A stretch of 64,000 nt of DNA from Lama guanicoe (GCA_013239625.1 MU053881.1:3865957-3929956), one strand, 5' to 3'; shown: positions 11,870 through 23,184, numbered from the stretch's first letter. Notes: generated by a model from the sequence alone, not told the origin. Numbers and translations: made by a program.

Positions 11870-12634
11870 TACTTTCTTTGCACTGACTCTTTGAAATCTG
11901 GTACATCGACAGCACATCTTGATGGGGACAAGCCACATTTCAAGTGCTCCTCAGGCACGTGTGACAGCAGGCTACCATATTGGATGGTGTGGTCTGGATC
12001 CTCAATGACCAGCACTACACGAGAGCAGAACTTCAAGCTGGTATTTGCTGCCTGCCCGGCACCCTCCCCCCAAAATCGAAAAATGAAAAAGAACAAAAAT
12101 GAGAAAAAAATAATCTCTGGATAATTAAAGATGCCAGGCAAAGCGTGTCTTGTTAACGCTCACAGAGCAGTAATAACAGTGGTTCCACTCTAGCAAACAC
12201 CAAATAAGCAACCATTCTTTAAATAAACAGAAATCGAGAATATTTTCAGGAACAGATTTACTCTGTGGGTCACAGAGGAGGTTAAACAAAAATTTGTTTT
12301 AAAGACGTCTCCCAGAGGACACCCTGTGCTGTGGTCCCACCACACGTTGTCAGGAGAAGGGGAGACTTTTGGGGGCAGGCAGGCTGGGAAATCAGGGCTT
12401 GGGGGACAGCAGGGCCTCCAGACACCTCCGTCCACCATAGCCATTCCCAGCTCTCATAGTCAAGTCCAAGTTCACGTGCAGATCTGCAGGGAGAGTGAAA
12501 TTCCCACTCAGGAGAAACTTAAGGAGATTCATTTTCTGGCAGGAACTTTCAGCAGACACTGTGCACACCTGCAGGATGTGGATTGGAAGGGGGCTGAATC
12601 CCACACATTTGAGGTGTTCATTCATTCACTGAGC

Positions 12635-12728
12635 TTGCTTTCTTTGCTTGCTTGCTTGCTTGCTTTCTTCCTTTCTTCCTTTCTTTCTGTCTTTCTTTCC
12701 TTCCCTCCTCTCTCTCTCTTTCTTTTTC
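12635..12728. repeat. Pyrimidine-rich low-complexity tract (CTTG/CTTT/CT)
   Basis: Directly visible. Confidence 0.9.
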
Positions 12729-12732
12729 ACAT

Positions 12733-13092
12733 TGTCTTAGGTTGGGTTCCCCGAGGTTTACGATGGGGCATCTTACAGTCAACACCTATGGAAGGAGACT
12801 GTAGCTGTGATGCAGTCTCCGTGGAGCCCTCAGCCCTCCCTGGGGAAGTTCTGGACGTGGGATGAGCCTTGAAAGCACTCCTGAGCCAGGTGAAGGCAGC
12901 CAGGCTTTTATACTCCCAGGCTGATCAATCGTCAGATGTGGGCTCCCTGGGGAAGGGGGTTTGATGGAGGTCAAGGTGGCTTTCTTCCCCTGAAAGCTGA
13001 GCACGGTCTGCTGGCAACACTGCCAGTGTCTGGAGTGATAGGCCCTTATTCCTGAAGGGGCATGTGGATGGCACATCTCAGTCCCCACCACA
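12733..13092 (-). mobile_element. ERVL LTR16-like solo LTR
   Basis: TGTCTTAGGTTGGGTTCCCC...CACCACA termini; near-TSD CACAT/CACAC. Confidence 0.75.
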
Positions 13093-13289
13093 CACACCCC
13101 CTTTACCGCAGTCACTCATTTATGCACTCATGTCTCTGGGCTTCACTTAATGACTCATTCGTTCACCCATTTAGTCCGTTTTTTTTCCATTCATTTATGT
13201 CATGTAGATATGCCTCTCCTCTGCTTAGAACCTTCCAGTGGCTTCCTTTGGTGCTTCCAGGCCTGTCTGACCTGAGCCCTGGCCCCTCC

Positions 13290-13505
13290 TGTAACTGGGA
13301 AGAACAAATCTGACTCCATATGAGATCTGTTCCTTTAGCTCTAACCCTGTGCTCTGTTGCCTGTGCTTAATCAGGCTGGTTCTGCCCGTCTTGTAAAACA
13401 ATGTTGCCTATAGGCTGAAATAGACAGGATGGTCTATTCTTAAGGCTCTGACCTTTAAGGGTATAACACTTTTCCTTGCATATAAAGATAAAAAGTTGCA
13501 GAAGC
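13290..13505 (+). mobile_element. 5' part of an ERV1-type LTR, same family as 7556-8074
   Basis: TGTAACTGGGAAGAACAAATCTGACTCCATATGAGATCTGTTCCTTT... is the reverse complement of ~7860-8074. Confidence 0.85.
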
Positions 13506-13699
13506 CACAGGAAGTAAAAGATTTGGATTGTCCCCTTCTGAGCCCTACTGCCTCCTAGTGCTTCCAGGGGAGTTTCTGTCTCCCTGGAGTTTGAGGAAGA
13601 TTCCAGGCTCACACGTGCTCAGAATGTCTGAAGGGATCCAAACCAGGAAGGAACAGAAGCTGGCCCTGCATGTCAGGAGGTGAAAAAAACACAAATGAC

Positions 13700-13890
13700 A
13701 CAGGACTGGGAGTCTGGAAGAGTTTGAATTTCACCTCTGCCTCTGCCTCACTCCCCGTGTGACACTGGGCTGGCCAGTGCACCCCCCTGGACCTCAATCT
13801 CCTTATCTGGTCAATGGGGATAATGATGTTCTTAAGTCTCCTTTGTTCCAGAGTCTGGGATACAAATGAGAAAACATGTGTAAAGAAGCC
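13700..13890 (+). mobile_element. MIR SINE
   Basis: GTGTGACACTGGGC...GGACCTCAATCTCCTTATCTGGTCAATGGGGATAAT. Confidence 0.7.
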
Positions 13891-14421
13891 CGATGCAGTG
13901 ATGGATAATGGATGCTGGTGCAATCTGTGGTGAAGAGTGAGCTAACACATGGAAACATTTATAGCCTCTCACAGCTGTACAGATGGTGTGGATAAAGATC
14001 TTTCTCTACCATAAATAGCTGTAGATACTGGTATGTGGAGCTCTGATTCTCTATCAGGTCATGTCCACCTGTACGCACGCATACACACACGAGTCTGATG
14101 CAGTGGAAAAAAATAATATAGTACAAGGAAGCATGAACCCCAAGTTCAGGTTGGAATTTTTCTCTCTGGACCCTAGCGTTCCCACCAATAAAGCCGTCAG
14201 AGGGCTGGACTGCGGATGTGCTGTTTGGTCAGAGTGTTGAGAAACAAGTTTGTAATAGCAGCCTACATTTTTAAAAAGTAGAGATTGTGCCTTAAAGCAA
14301 ACTAGGTTTCTGGATTCTCTTGAGACTCCTGAGCTTTGCATCCCTGGGCCTGCATTCCCAGTGGCCACACCTGTCTGGTGCTGAGTGGTCCCTGCCCCCT
14401 GCAGCTCCAAACCACAGTCCC

Positions 14422-14895
14422 CGCTCACACCAACCCAGGCTCTTGGCCTCATTAATCAATGGAAATTGATAAGAGGCCAGACAAGGAATGGAGGCAAGGC
14501 TTTACTGGGACTTGTACTGCTGCACAAGGGAGCGAAAACAAGTAAGTTTCCCCGAGGTATGGAGGGGAGGGGCAGCGAGCTGGTCCCTTAAATGGGGTGA
14601 GGGTAGGGGTGGGTCCAGGGGCAGGCTGGAAGGGTGACTTAGATGGTCTGCCCACTCCCTTGGTGGTGCTGTGTGCAGGGGTCACACGCAGCCCCCTGCT
14701 TTTGCTCTGACATCTTGGAAGTGGCAGTTGGGTTTTGGTTTCTTTGTATCTTGTTGCTCATAATTTGCCAGGAGCTGCATGTACGCAGTTATTTTTAGCC
14801 CCTTATAGTTTCTTTGTATTTTGTTCCTTGAGCTGTTTGTCCAGGTGCAAGCAGTACAGTACAGGGTCCCAGGTCCCAGGTCCCAGGCTGTCTCA
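14422..14895 (-). mobile_element. ERV solo LTR (lineage-specific)
   Basis: On the - strand begins TGAGACAGCCTGGGACC with a tandem 7-mer; about 470 bp; near-TSD GTCCC/GCCCC. Confidence 0.7.
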
Positions 14896-15929
14896 GCCCC
14901 TGTCCCAGACGTGCACATCCTACCTGCTGCATGAGTTTACCAGTGCAGCCACCTGCCTGGCCCTGCACTGACTCTGCCTGCCAGCCATGTGGTAGGGATG
15001 TTTCCTTCCCAGCAGCATGCTTCAGGCACGGGGCTAGCCCTGAAGGCCAGAGATCTACCGGGAGAGAGCGAAGTGGCCATAATTCTCAATTAAAAGTGAC
15101 AAGTGATGCCAGAAAAATTCCACTTTCTTCCGTGACTAGGAAAAACAGATCTCTCAGAAGCCGGATCTTTCTTGGGCAAGTCGTTTCCTTCATCTGGGTC
15201 TCAGTTTCCCCATCTGTGAAATAAGATGCTGGAACTAGATGATCGCCAAGGTTTTCCCAATTCTTTAGTTCTTTGGTGTGCTCTCTCTCTTTCGCTCCTC
15301 CCTCTTCTCTCATACATACATATGAGTGCACACTCTATGTTGTATTCTTACACACAGACACATTTATGCCTCTTACTGAACGTGTTTTTCCATCTACTGA
15401 TACCGCCTCCCATCCCCACGCTCCTGACATCACTCCGTCTGCAGGTCTCCTTTCCGACTAAATCCAGCCATTAAGCTTCAATGAGTTACCTGCTGGCATT
15501 GTGTAAGGGCCGGGAGCAGGATTAGTCACCTAATCTCCTCTCTTATCGCTGTTCTCTCCCGGGCGGCAGACAACAACACAGACTGTTCGGCAGGTACCCG
15601 GAGTTCAGCTGGAGAAGGCTCAGATCCCGCCCACTGATAGCAGGAGGAGGGCAGCCACCTGAGCTTTGTTCTCATCTCCCGCCTTGGCTGGGCTCAAGAA
15701 ACTGCAGGAAAGAGATCTCAGGGATCCTTGAAATGCTTAGAGCAAAGCTGCTGAGCTGGGACAAGCCCGTTCCATTAGGGGGTCGCGCACATCCTCCCAA
15801 CAACGAGCGCTCATCTCCAGCTCAAAATTCTCCAAGACTGCTCACAAAGGATGGAAGCTGGCATTTCAAATAATTTCATATCCAGCCTTGCCATTTTCTT
15901 TTTTAGGCCTCTTAGAATTGGAGTGATTT

Positions 15930-16027
15930 GGTTTGGGGTGGGGCACGTATAGCTCAGTAGTAGAGTGCATACAAAGCATGCACAAGGTCCTGGGTTCAAT
16001 CCTTCATACTTCAATTTAAAAAAGAAA
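15930..16027 (+). mobile_element. Vic-1-like SINE (short form)
   Basis: TATAGCTCAGTAGTAGAGTGC...GGTCCTGGGTTCAATCC; perfect 16-bp TSD AGAATTGGAGTGATTT at 15914-15929 and 16028-16043. Confidence 0.92.
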
Positions 16028-16709
16028 AGAATTGGAGTGATTTTTTTTTTTTGGCGAGATCTAGGCATTATGAAAAAAATGCAGAAATGCCAAGTCAGAG
16101 TTACAAATACTGTGACACTGATTTGCATTGGATAATTCTTGCTATTAACCAGGAATGTGACAATGTCACGCAGTTATAGTGTTCACACAATAATGAGTAG
16201 GTTTATTTTTAAAATATTAAATGAGGTCCTGAAATAGGGCACAAATTTAAAGCTGTGAACATATTTTTCTTATGTCACAATGTATCTCCTTATTTACTGA
16301 TAGTCTGAATTGAGGCCCTCAGTGAATGAGCAGCCTGCATGTAAGGACCACCTAAGCCTAGCCTGGGACAGGCCAGCGTTCCACTACCTTGACCTGGAAA
16401 CTGTTATGAGAAAATTCCCTGTGACATGGCTTCCAGGTGATAATGACCTTCACTTTGAAGTGGCTTCATTCAGACTTAGAGAGGGCAGTGTCACGCCAGG
16501 ACCCACTTGCTTATGTGGGTCGTGCTATTCCTCTCACTGCTTTATTAAAAATCCAGGTCCTTCTGGGAAGAGCTGCAGAAAATCAGCCATCAACCACTCA
16601 CCTTCTAGTGCGAATTAGTCCATCAGCCTTGTTGCAATGTGGCTGTCACTTGAGAGAGGTTCTTCATGAAACAAGCCCAGGACACATGACACCGGATGCT
16701 GAGGCTTGG

Positions 16710-16890
16710 CTCGGTTGGGTGGGGAAAAGCCACAGACTAGCGGGTGAAGATCTGGAATCTCATCTCTCCTCTACTAACCATTAGCCCTGGGACTGTGGGC
16801 AGACTACTTCACCTCTCCTTCTTCATGAGCAAACGAGGAAACAAGGTACCCCTCCAAAGATGGCTAGCCAATGAACTACTCCAGGCGTTG
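16710..16890 (+). mobile_element. MIR SINE (degenerate)
   Basis: CTACTAACCATTAGCCCTGGGACTGTGGGCAGACTACTTCACCTCTC. Confidence 0.6.
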
Positions 16891-17921
16891 GGTTTACAAG
16901 AGAAATAGATCTCCACTCTTGCAGTTAGCATGGAGAGTCAGACAATTGAGAAGTAAATGATTTCCGCTAAATGGTGGGCCCTGCGATAAAGATGATAAAA
17001 ATTGCATCTTTGGATATGACTGGAGATGGAGCAGCAATTTAAATCCAGTGGGAAAGAAATTTCTCTTTGAAGAAAGGATGTTTGAGCTAAAGGAGGAAAG
17101 AAAGAGCCCTCCTGCACGTGTGTGAAGTGTCTTAGCAGAAAGGGCTGCACGTGCAGAGGCTCTGGTGGGTATGTGAGTGGCGTGAGAAACTGCAAGGCGG
17201 CCGGGGAGCAATGGGAGAGAGGGGGCAGCTGGGGTTGGCGAGGTGACCAGAGCCAGCATCCCCCAGGGCCTCCTCCCTCTTGCCTAAGGATCTGCATTTT
17301 ATTCTAAACTAGACTGAGAAGCTGCTGGAGTGTTTTTAATACACATGAAAGCGTGCTTAATATGGAGAAAGTGTTTTGTAAACTCGAAAGCACAAAGGCA
17401 AAGTACTATTAGTATCATATGTGTGAATAACAACTTTCCATTGTAGTTAAAACTATCACATTGACAGCTTGAGCCTTTGGCTCCCTCCGGGTAAACGGGC
17501 AGTACCAGGAGGCATTAGGTGTGAAAGGGCTTCGGGGCCACCTCTCGGGCCACCTCTCACGCTCAAAGAGGGTGGCGTGTCTCCACACTCCTGAGGTCAC
17601 TCCATCTGCCTGTCTCCTTTACGACTAAATTTCCAGGCACCAGCCCTAGGCGGGACACATCCAGCCCTGCTGCCCTGGTTTTCCCACCTGGGGGTGGGGA
17701 GGGGACAGAAGTGTGCAGTGACTGGTCTCACGCCTCTCAAGGCCATGGCCAGCTTCAGTGAACACCCAGCAAGGTTTCTGAGCTCCTGGGGCATCACATT
17801 GGTGTTACTCAGGAAGGGGCACCCTAATCTCCTTTGAGTAGCTTTTTCTCAAATTTTATTTTACTCTGACTCCCCGCAACAAGCTTCAGAGCCTTCCAGA
17901 TATATTCCGAAGTCACCATGC

Positions 17922-18291
17922 TTTGTTTTTTTTAAATTTTATTTTTGATTGAAGTGTAGTTGATTTGCAGTGTTAGTTTCAGGTGTACAGCGAAGTGATT
18001 CGGTTACACATACATATACTTTTTTTTCAGAAAATTTTCCATTGTAGCCCATTACAAGAAATTGAATATAGTTCCCTGTGCTATACAATAGGTCTTTGTT
18101 GTTTATCTGTTTTATACATAGTAGTATGTGTCTGTTAATCCCAAACTCCTAATTTATTCCCCCTCCCCTTCCCCTTTGGTAACCATAGTTTGTTTTCTAT
18201 GTCCGTGAGTCTATCTCTGGATCATAAATAAAAACTTGTATCTTTTTTTAGATTCCACATGTAAATGATATCATATATTTGTCTTGTCTGT
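17922..18291 (-). mobile_element. 5'-truncated young LINE-1 3' UTR
   Basis: Poly-T then GTTAGTTTCAGGTGTACAGCGAAGTGATTCGG...AGATTCCACATGTAAATGATATC; perfect TSD GAAGTCACCATGC at 17909-17921 and 18292-18304. Confidence 0.93.
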
Positions 18292-18429
18292 GAAGTCACC
18301 ATGCCTTTATCACAGTTAATGATTCTCTATTTTTTTCTCTTAATGGGCTGGAGATCGCCTGATTTCCCCACCTCACTGCCAATTCCATGAGTCTCAGAGC
18401 CATGCTTGAGCCTGCTTGCTTACCTTCGT

Positions 18430-18790
18430 GGTCTGTCAGGATGGTCTGGGTTAGGCTACAAGAACAAGCAGTTCCCGACCCCAGTGATTTAAAGCAATAC
18501 AGGTTTACTTCTTGCTCAAGCTGCCCGTTCACCACAGGTGGACAGGGGGTTCCACTCAGGGTCATCAGTCAGGCATCCAGGTTGATGGATGTGCCTTCGT
18601 CTTAGGGGGCTTCTCAGCTCAGGCCTCAGGGCTCCCCGCAGGAGGGGTGGAGTCTTGAGATTGGCAATAACCATTGCGGACTAGGACCGACACTTATTGC
18701 TCACATCTTATTGGCCAGGGCCAGTCACGTGTCCACGCCAAACTTCAAGCGCTGGCGACAGTAATATCTCCCACAGCATGATAATCCAGC
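18430..18790 (-). mobile_element. Old MaLR LTR (MLT1K/L-like)
   Basis: CAGTGATTTAAAGCAATACAGGTTTACTTCTTGCTCA and GCTCACATCTTATTGGCCAGGGCCAGTCACGTG motifs. Confidence 0.65.
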
Positions 18791-18984
18791 ACCCATGTGT
18801 GGTCACCTCTGACTTCTCCTCGACATCTGGCCAAGCTTCAGAATTACCGGGGCAGCAAAGACACCCGGCTTTGCCAATACACCTCTCAAATCAATTATCT
18901 CACGGGTACTTCCTAGTAGGGGAGGATGGAACTCTAGATGTCAAAGCTTCTGCGGGGCTGGGGAATCACAGAAGTGGAGGAAAC

Positions 18985-19115
18985 ACACTGGATTAGGAGA
19001 TGGGAAATCTGGCTTCTAGGCCCTTCTCTGCCCCCGTGTGAACTCGGTGGGGTCATCTCCCCTCTCCGGGCCTCAGTTTCCCCATCTGGACGGAAGGGGG
19101 TGGTGGAAGCTCTCT
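18985..19115 (+). mobile_element. MIR SINE fragment
   Basis: CCCCTCTCCGGGCCTCAGTTTCCCCATCTG. Confidence 0.65.
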
Positions 19116-19119
19116 GACT

Positions 19120-19530
19120 CCGCGAGCCCCAGCGTTCCTGGCCCGCTCCCCATTCCCAATTGGCCGTGGCATCGCTATGACTCCGGGGGCGGGCCCAGCA
19201 GCCGGGAGGCGGCAGCGGAGGGCGGGGTGCCAGCTTTCCCGCCCCGCTGCCCCCGGAGCCGAGCCGGGCGCCCAGCGCGCGCTATTGTACTCACGGGAGG
19301 TCTCAGCTGCCGAGGCCGCCAGCCCGACTGCTCAGGCGCCAGGGCTGTTTCATTATTTCATCAAAGTTCATTATGCTGGGGAGGAGACCAGTAATAAAAC
19401 ATGATTACAAGTGTCTCGAATGAGCACTTAAAGACATAATTCGGGGCGTACATTCTGCTGCATCCCTGTTTGTGGTCACATCCCGCACGGAGATTTGCAC
19501 CTCTGATATACGCCAGTCTTCGCGTTAATT
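19120..19530. promoter_or_regulatory. Small CpG-rich element with adjacent TF-motif block (candidate enhancer or promoter)
   Basis: About 26 CpG in 19121-19340 (hand count); CCAAT 19156; GC boxes at ~19186 and 19220; ATCAAAG 19360; GTAATAAAA 19391; TGTGGTC 19471. Confidence 0.55.
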
Positions 19531-19747
19531 GAAGTGGAAAAAAAAAAAAAAAACACCCGAAGAACTTGATCCAATTTGTCTCGGGACTGAGTTGGTGGTT
19601 TCAAACGCAGGCATGATTTGCCCTTTTTGAAAACACACAGTTAATTGTGTGTGTAACAGGCAGGTACAGTGACAGAGGGGACACGGAGGGACCAAGTTGC
19701 GGCCAAGCATTTCAGATGTTACTGGCAAAACACTTGAGGAGATGTGG

Positions 19748-19850
19748 CCTTTCCTCCTTCCTTCCTTCCTTCCTTCCTTCCTTCTTTCCTTCCTCCCTGC
19801 CTGCCTCCATCCCTCTCTCTCTTTCTTGCTTTCTTTGCTTTCTTTCCTCA
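19748..19850. repeat. (CCTT)n / pyrimidine-rich simple repeat
   Basis: Directly visible. Confidence 0.9.
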
Positions 19851-20656
19851 CTGCCCCCTCCCCACCCCCACGTCTCCTCTCCGTTACATAGCAGCTGGTG
19901 ATGAGTGCCAAGAAGATAATACTTTACATACCAGAGCTAACAAAAAGGGGTCTTGTGCCCTGCCGCCTGTCCTCTAGGTCAGCGATGTCATCTCAGAGTA
20001 AGGTCCTGAATGACACTGATCAGTGGCTTTGAGCCCGGTTGTTCAGGATGTGGGCTGGAGACCAAGAAGTGTAAGTGTGGGGCAGTGGTCTTGTATCCAC
20101 ATCTATCCAATGTCCGTTGGGTAGAATTCTTCTGGGCTGTGGCCGTGAGCACCCAGACACGTCACATCTCTCCCTGGGTCACAGTCCCGGCCTCTGAGGG
20201 CTGCACCGGCCATGGCCCAGGCTAGGGGTGTGAGGCCTGGGTGTCAGTTCTACCTTGACCTCTGACTCCCCAGGTGCCCTGGGCCTGGGCCCTTCCTCTG
20301 GACCGTGGCTTCCAGCCCCTGTCAAGTGGGAGGTTGGGCTAGGCCGTGCCACGCGTCTTTGCCTGCTCTGCAGAACTATATGTGAAACTTGTTAAAAACA
20401 GATTTCCTCAGCTCTACACAAAGGCTATCGGATCAGAATCGCCCCTGGAGAGGCCAGGGAATCAACATTCAATACGTCTTCCTGGAGATCCATGATATTT
20501 TTAGGTTAATTTTTTGATATGTGAGACACTCACATCATTGAATCACTGACCACATTGAATAACTGACATGGTATAAACGGGTGATAGGAGAGAGTTTCCA
20601 TGCACTGTGTCCCTAAGCCACTTGGTTCCCAATTACAACCAAAGTTACTGGTTCTC

Positions 20657-20659
20657 TGT

Positions 20660-20690
<31 letters not shown>
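20657..20690. repeat. (TG)n microsatellite with one interruption
   Basis: Directly visible. Confidence 0.95.
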
Positions 20691-20691
<1 letters not shown>

Positions 20692-20901
20692 TCTCCCCGA
20701 GAAACCCGTGCTGCACGAGCCAGTGTGTGTGTATACACACGTTACAACTTTATTCTCTCCTCTCCTATTTTTTTATATAAATGATTCTCTCTTCTCTTTC
20801 TTTTTATTACATAAATGACTGCATACTGTACACACTGTTCTGCTTCTTCCTTTTTTTAATATAATACATCTCAGAGAGCTTTTTATATCAGTAAATAAAG
20901 G

Positions 20902-21084
20902 CAGTCATGTGCTAGAGCCAACAGGGATGGATCGCTCTTGAGCCCAATTTCAATAACTTCATGTTGGCATCTTGAAATCGGCCCTGGTAGGATTTACCCC
21001 ATGGACAAATGCTACCATCTGGCTACTCCAGTCTCCACCTCCCGCTGGAGAACTGGTTGTTCCACATTTACCAGCACACCACTG
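20902..21084 (+). mobile_element. MER63A-like hAT-Blackjack element
   Basis: CAGTCATGTGCT...AGCACACCACTG inverted termini; CTTGAAATCGGCC motif also seen in the element near 63410. Confidence 0.75.
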
Positions 21085-21165
21085 GATGAAGTCCACCCTC
21101 CTTTTTTTTTTAGCGGCTACATAGTAAACTAAATGAACTATGATGGATTTAATCAATCCTCTTTT

Positions 21166-21302
21166 TTTTAAAAAACAGTCTTATTGGGGGGAGGTCATTA
21201 GGTTTTGCTTGTTTATTTTTAGAGGAGGTACTGGGATTGAACCCAGGACCCTGTGTGTACTAAGCATGCACTCTACCACTTGAGCTATACCCTCACCCCA
21301 GT
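21166..21302 (-). mobile_element. Vic-1-like SINE
   Basis: GGAGGTACTGGGATTGAACCCAGGACC...GAGCTATACCCTC; TSD TCAATCC(T/C)CTTTT. Confidence 0.9.
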
Positions 21303-21676
21303 TCAATCCCCTTTTGATGGGCATTTAGGTTGCTTCTGATCTTCTGCCAATGCAACCAATGCTGAAATAACTAATTCCATACATACACCATCTCACATGT
21401 GTACACGATTAGAAACGTTCCCAGAGGCGGCCTGAGTCAAAAGTCTGCACCTTTGTTGTTTGGATGGGCATTGCCACACTGCCTCTGAGAGGTTGGAGCC
21501 ATGTGCACAGTGCCAGCTACAGACGAGAATGCTCAAGACCCCACAATGACTATTGCTGATGACGGGATGAAAATTAGGACTTGTGGTCCCTTAAAACCTA
21601 ACAGGGCCCTCACACTAAGCAAGTCAACATTCCAGGGGACCTGTAGTTACAAATTATGTCAAGTTTACAAAACAAA

Positions 21677-22348
21677 CAGAGGTGCGCACTGGTGGCCCTA
21701 CCCCTGGCCTACGGGCATCGTCTATTTTGGTCTGTACAGTGTTGCTAGTGTTGTTAATTTCAATTTAAAATTGTTGCCCAATTTTAAAACAGAAAGATTT
21801 GACATCCAGATTCTTGGTTTTGGTTTCTCCTGGGGAAAAGGAAACAACCAGAAACTCTGACACCACTGGACTGAATATTCCGGTAGCAACAACCATCTAG
21901 ATGTCGGAGGCAGCCATCTCTGCAACGGGCTCACTGTTCACTGTGGTCCTCACTGCTCCATAGTCTCCCTCGTGCTGCCTCTGCTTGTCATCTGTCATGT
22001 ATGAAGACACTTGTGTTCTTGTTTTCTTATAATGAAGAGGAAAGCAAAATTATTTCTTGTATCTGTCTCCCTGTCAAAATAGGATAGTGAAAGCTAGATC
22101 CAGAGGGCAGCAGGTTCAAAGAGAAATCTCAGGGGCATCTTTGTAAGCAAAGATCATCTCTGTGTATTTAACATGTGGAAAGGAATGAATGAATGAATGA
22201 GTGAGTGACTAGATGAAATGAGCATCTTTATGGGCCGTAACTTAAAGAGAACGTGACATTAACAATGGTGAGAACCCACTGGCTTCTCTTGTTAATATCA
22301 CCTGCCTGCCCTTGGAAATATTGGGTTTGGGGGCGGTTTCATACCCTG
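21677..22348 (+). mobile_element. MER102/Charlie4-like hAT element
   Basis: TTGTTGCCCAATTTTAAAACAGAAAGATTTGACAT and ATCACCTGCCTGCCC motifs; boundaries approximate. Confidence 0.55.
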
Positions 22349-23184
22349 GTCTCAAAAACCGGCAAGGGTTTTTCACAGAGGTGGCTCTATAATGTCTACA
22401 CAGGAGAGGCTTGGAGATGCGCAGCTGGTTGGAAGGAAGCAGGGGCTGGGGAAATGCTCTTGTGTTTGTTGGAGACGCACAATGATTTTACCTGGATTTT
22501 CTTTTTGTCAAGGACTGTTCGGGAAAGATGCCAGAGATGGGGGGGTGGGTCAACATCAGTTCCCCGAGGCACCCAAGGGGTCCCTTGGTGTTTCCATCTC
22601 TAATACCCGTGAACCTGCGTCACTGGCCGGGTCTCGCAGGAAGAGATTGTTCATGGACTTGAACCTTCAGAAGCTGTCCTCCCAGTTCTGCAGAGTGTAG
22701 TCTAGGTGCTCCCTAGTCTGGCCTCACACTGGCTCCTGGGTGACAGGTGAGACCTCAGCTCAGCTCACCTAAGGGGTATAAGCCCTCACTCCCTACAGCT
22801 CAGCCTGGCTCCCAAGGGCTGAGCATGGAAGGACATTACTGGAAGCAAACACCCTGAACCCTCCTTCCTCCCCCTACACAGAAAGTGCTTGGTTGGACAG
22901 TGTCTCAAAGGCCCAGTGGATGATGCTAACAACAGGGAGAGAGGGGGTTAAGGCATTCGCACCAGGCAAACAAGCCGTACCACCCAAAATATCTGCACTG
23001 AGCCCCTGAGGAGTCTTCTGCAGGGCTGCAAGAGGTGGAGAAGAAAGCTGGGAGGACCAGAGAGATTCAGAGCGCCGCAGCTGCCTTTTCTCACACCGAG
23101 TAGGCGGACCTTATGGCCCACTGTGGCCCTGGGAGCTCAAGACTGCTTTAGCTCCTTCTCCAGCGTGTTTCCAGACAGCCAATA

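Larger units (their letters stand above)
10520..11998. mobile_element. MER3-like hAT-Charlie element in three pieces (~10520-10601, 11140-11259, 11870-11998)
   Basis: AGCCACGTATGTCATTTTAAATTCTCTAGTAGC / ACAGGTAAATTAATTTTAATGAT / GCCACATTTCAAGTGCTC...GCTACCATATTGGA are collinear with MER3. Confidence 0.75.
20570..21500 (-). mobile_element. Ancient LINE-1 3' fragment (L1ME-like), interrupted by (TG)n, MER63 and a SINE
   Basis: GCATACTGTACACACTGTTCTGCTTC and TTGATGGGCATTTAGGTTGCTTC are old L1 3' motifs. Confidence 0.6.

Noticed and set aside
11536..12141. Longest ORF (201 aa, - strand) and the overlapping 156-aa + ORF
   Set aside because: They run across MER3, Tigger1 and SINE fragments, with no recognisable domain; chance ORFs.
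12326..12865. 179-aa ORF with a hydrophobic, TM-like stretch
   Set aside because: The hydrophobic segment is the translated CTTG/CTTT repeat, and the C-terminus lies in an LTR16-like element.
7556..13505. LTR pair as a full provirus
   Set aside because: The LTRs are inverted rather than direct, and there is no PBS, gag, pol or env between them.
19038..19404. GC-rich ORFs over the CpG patch as a first coding exon
   Set aside because: Long ORFs are expected in GC-rich DNA, one starts within a MIR, and I see no recognisable protein or downstream exon chain.
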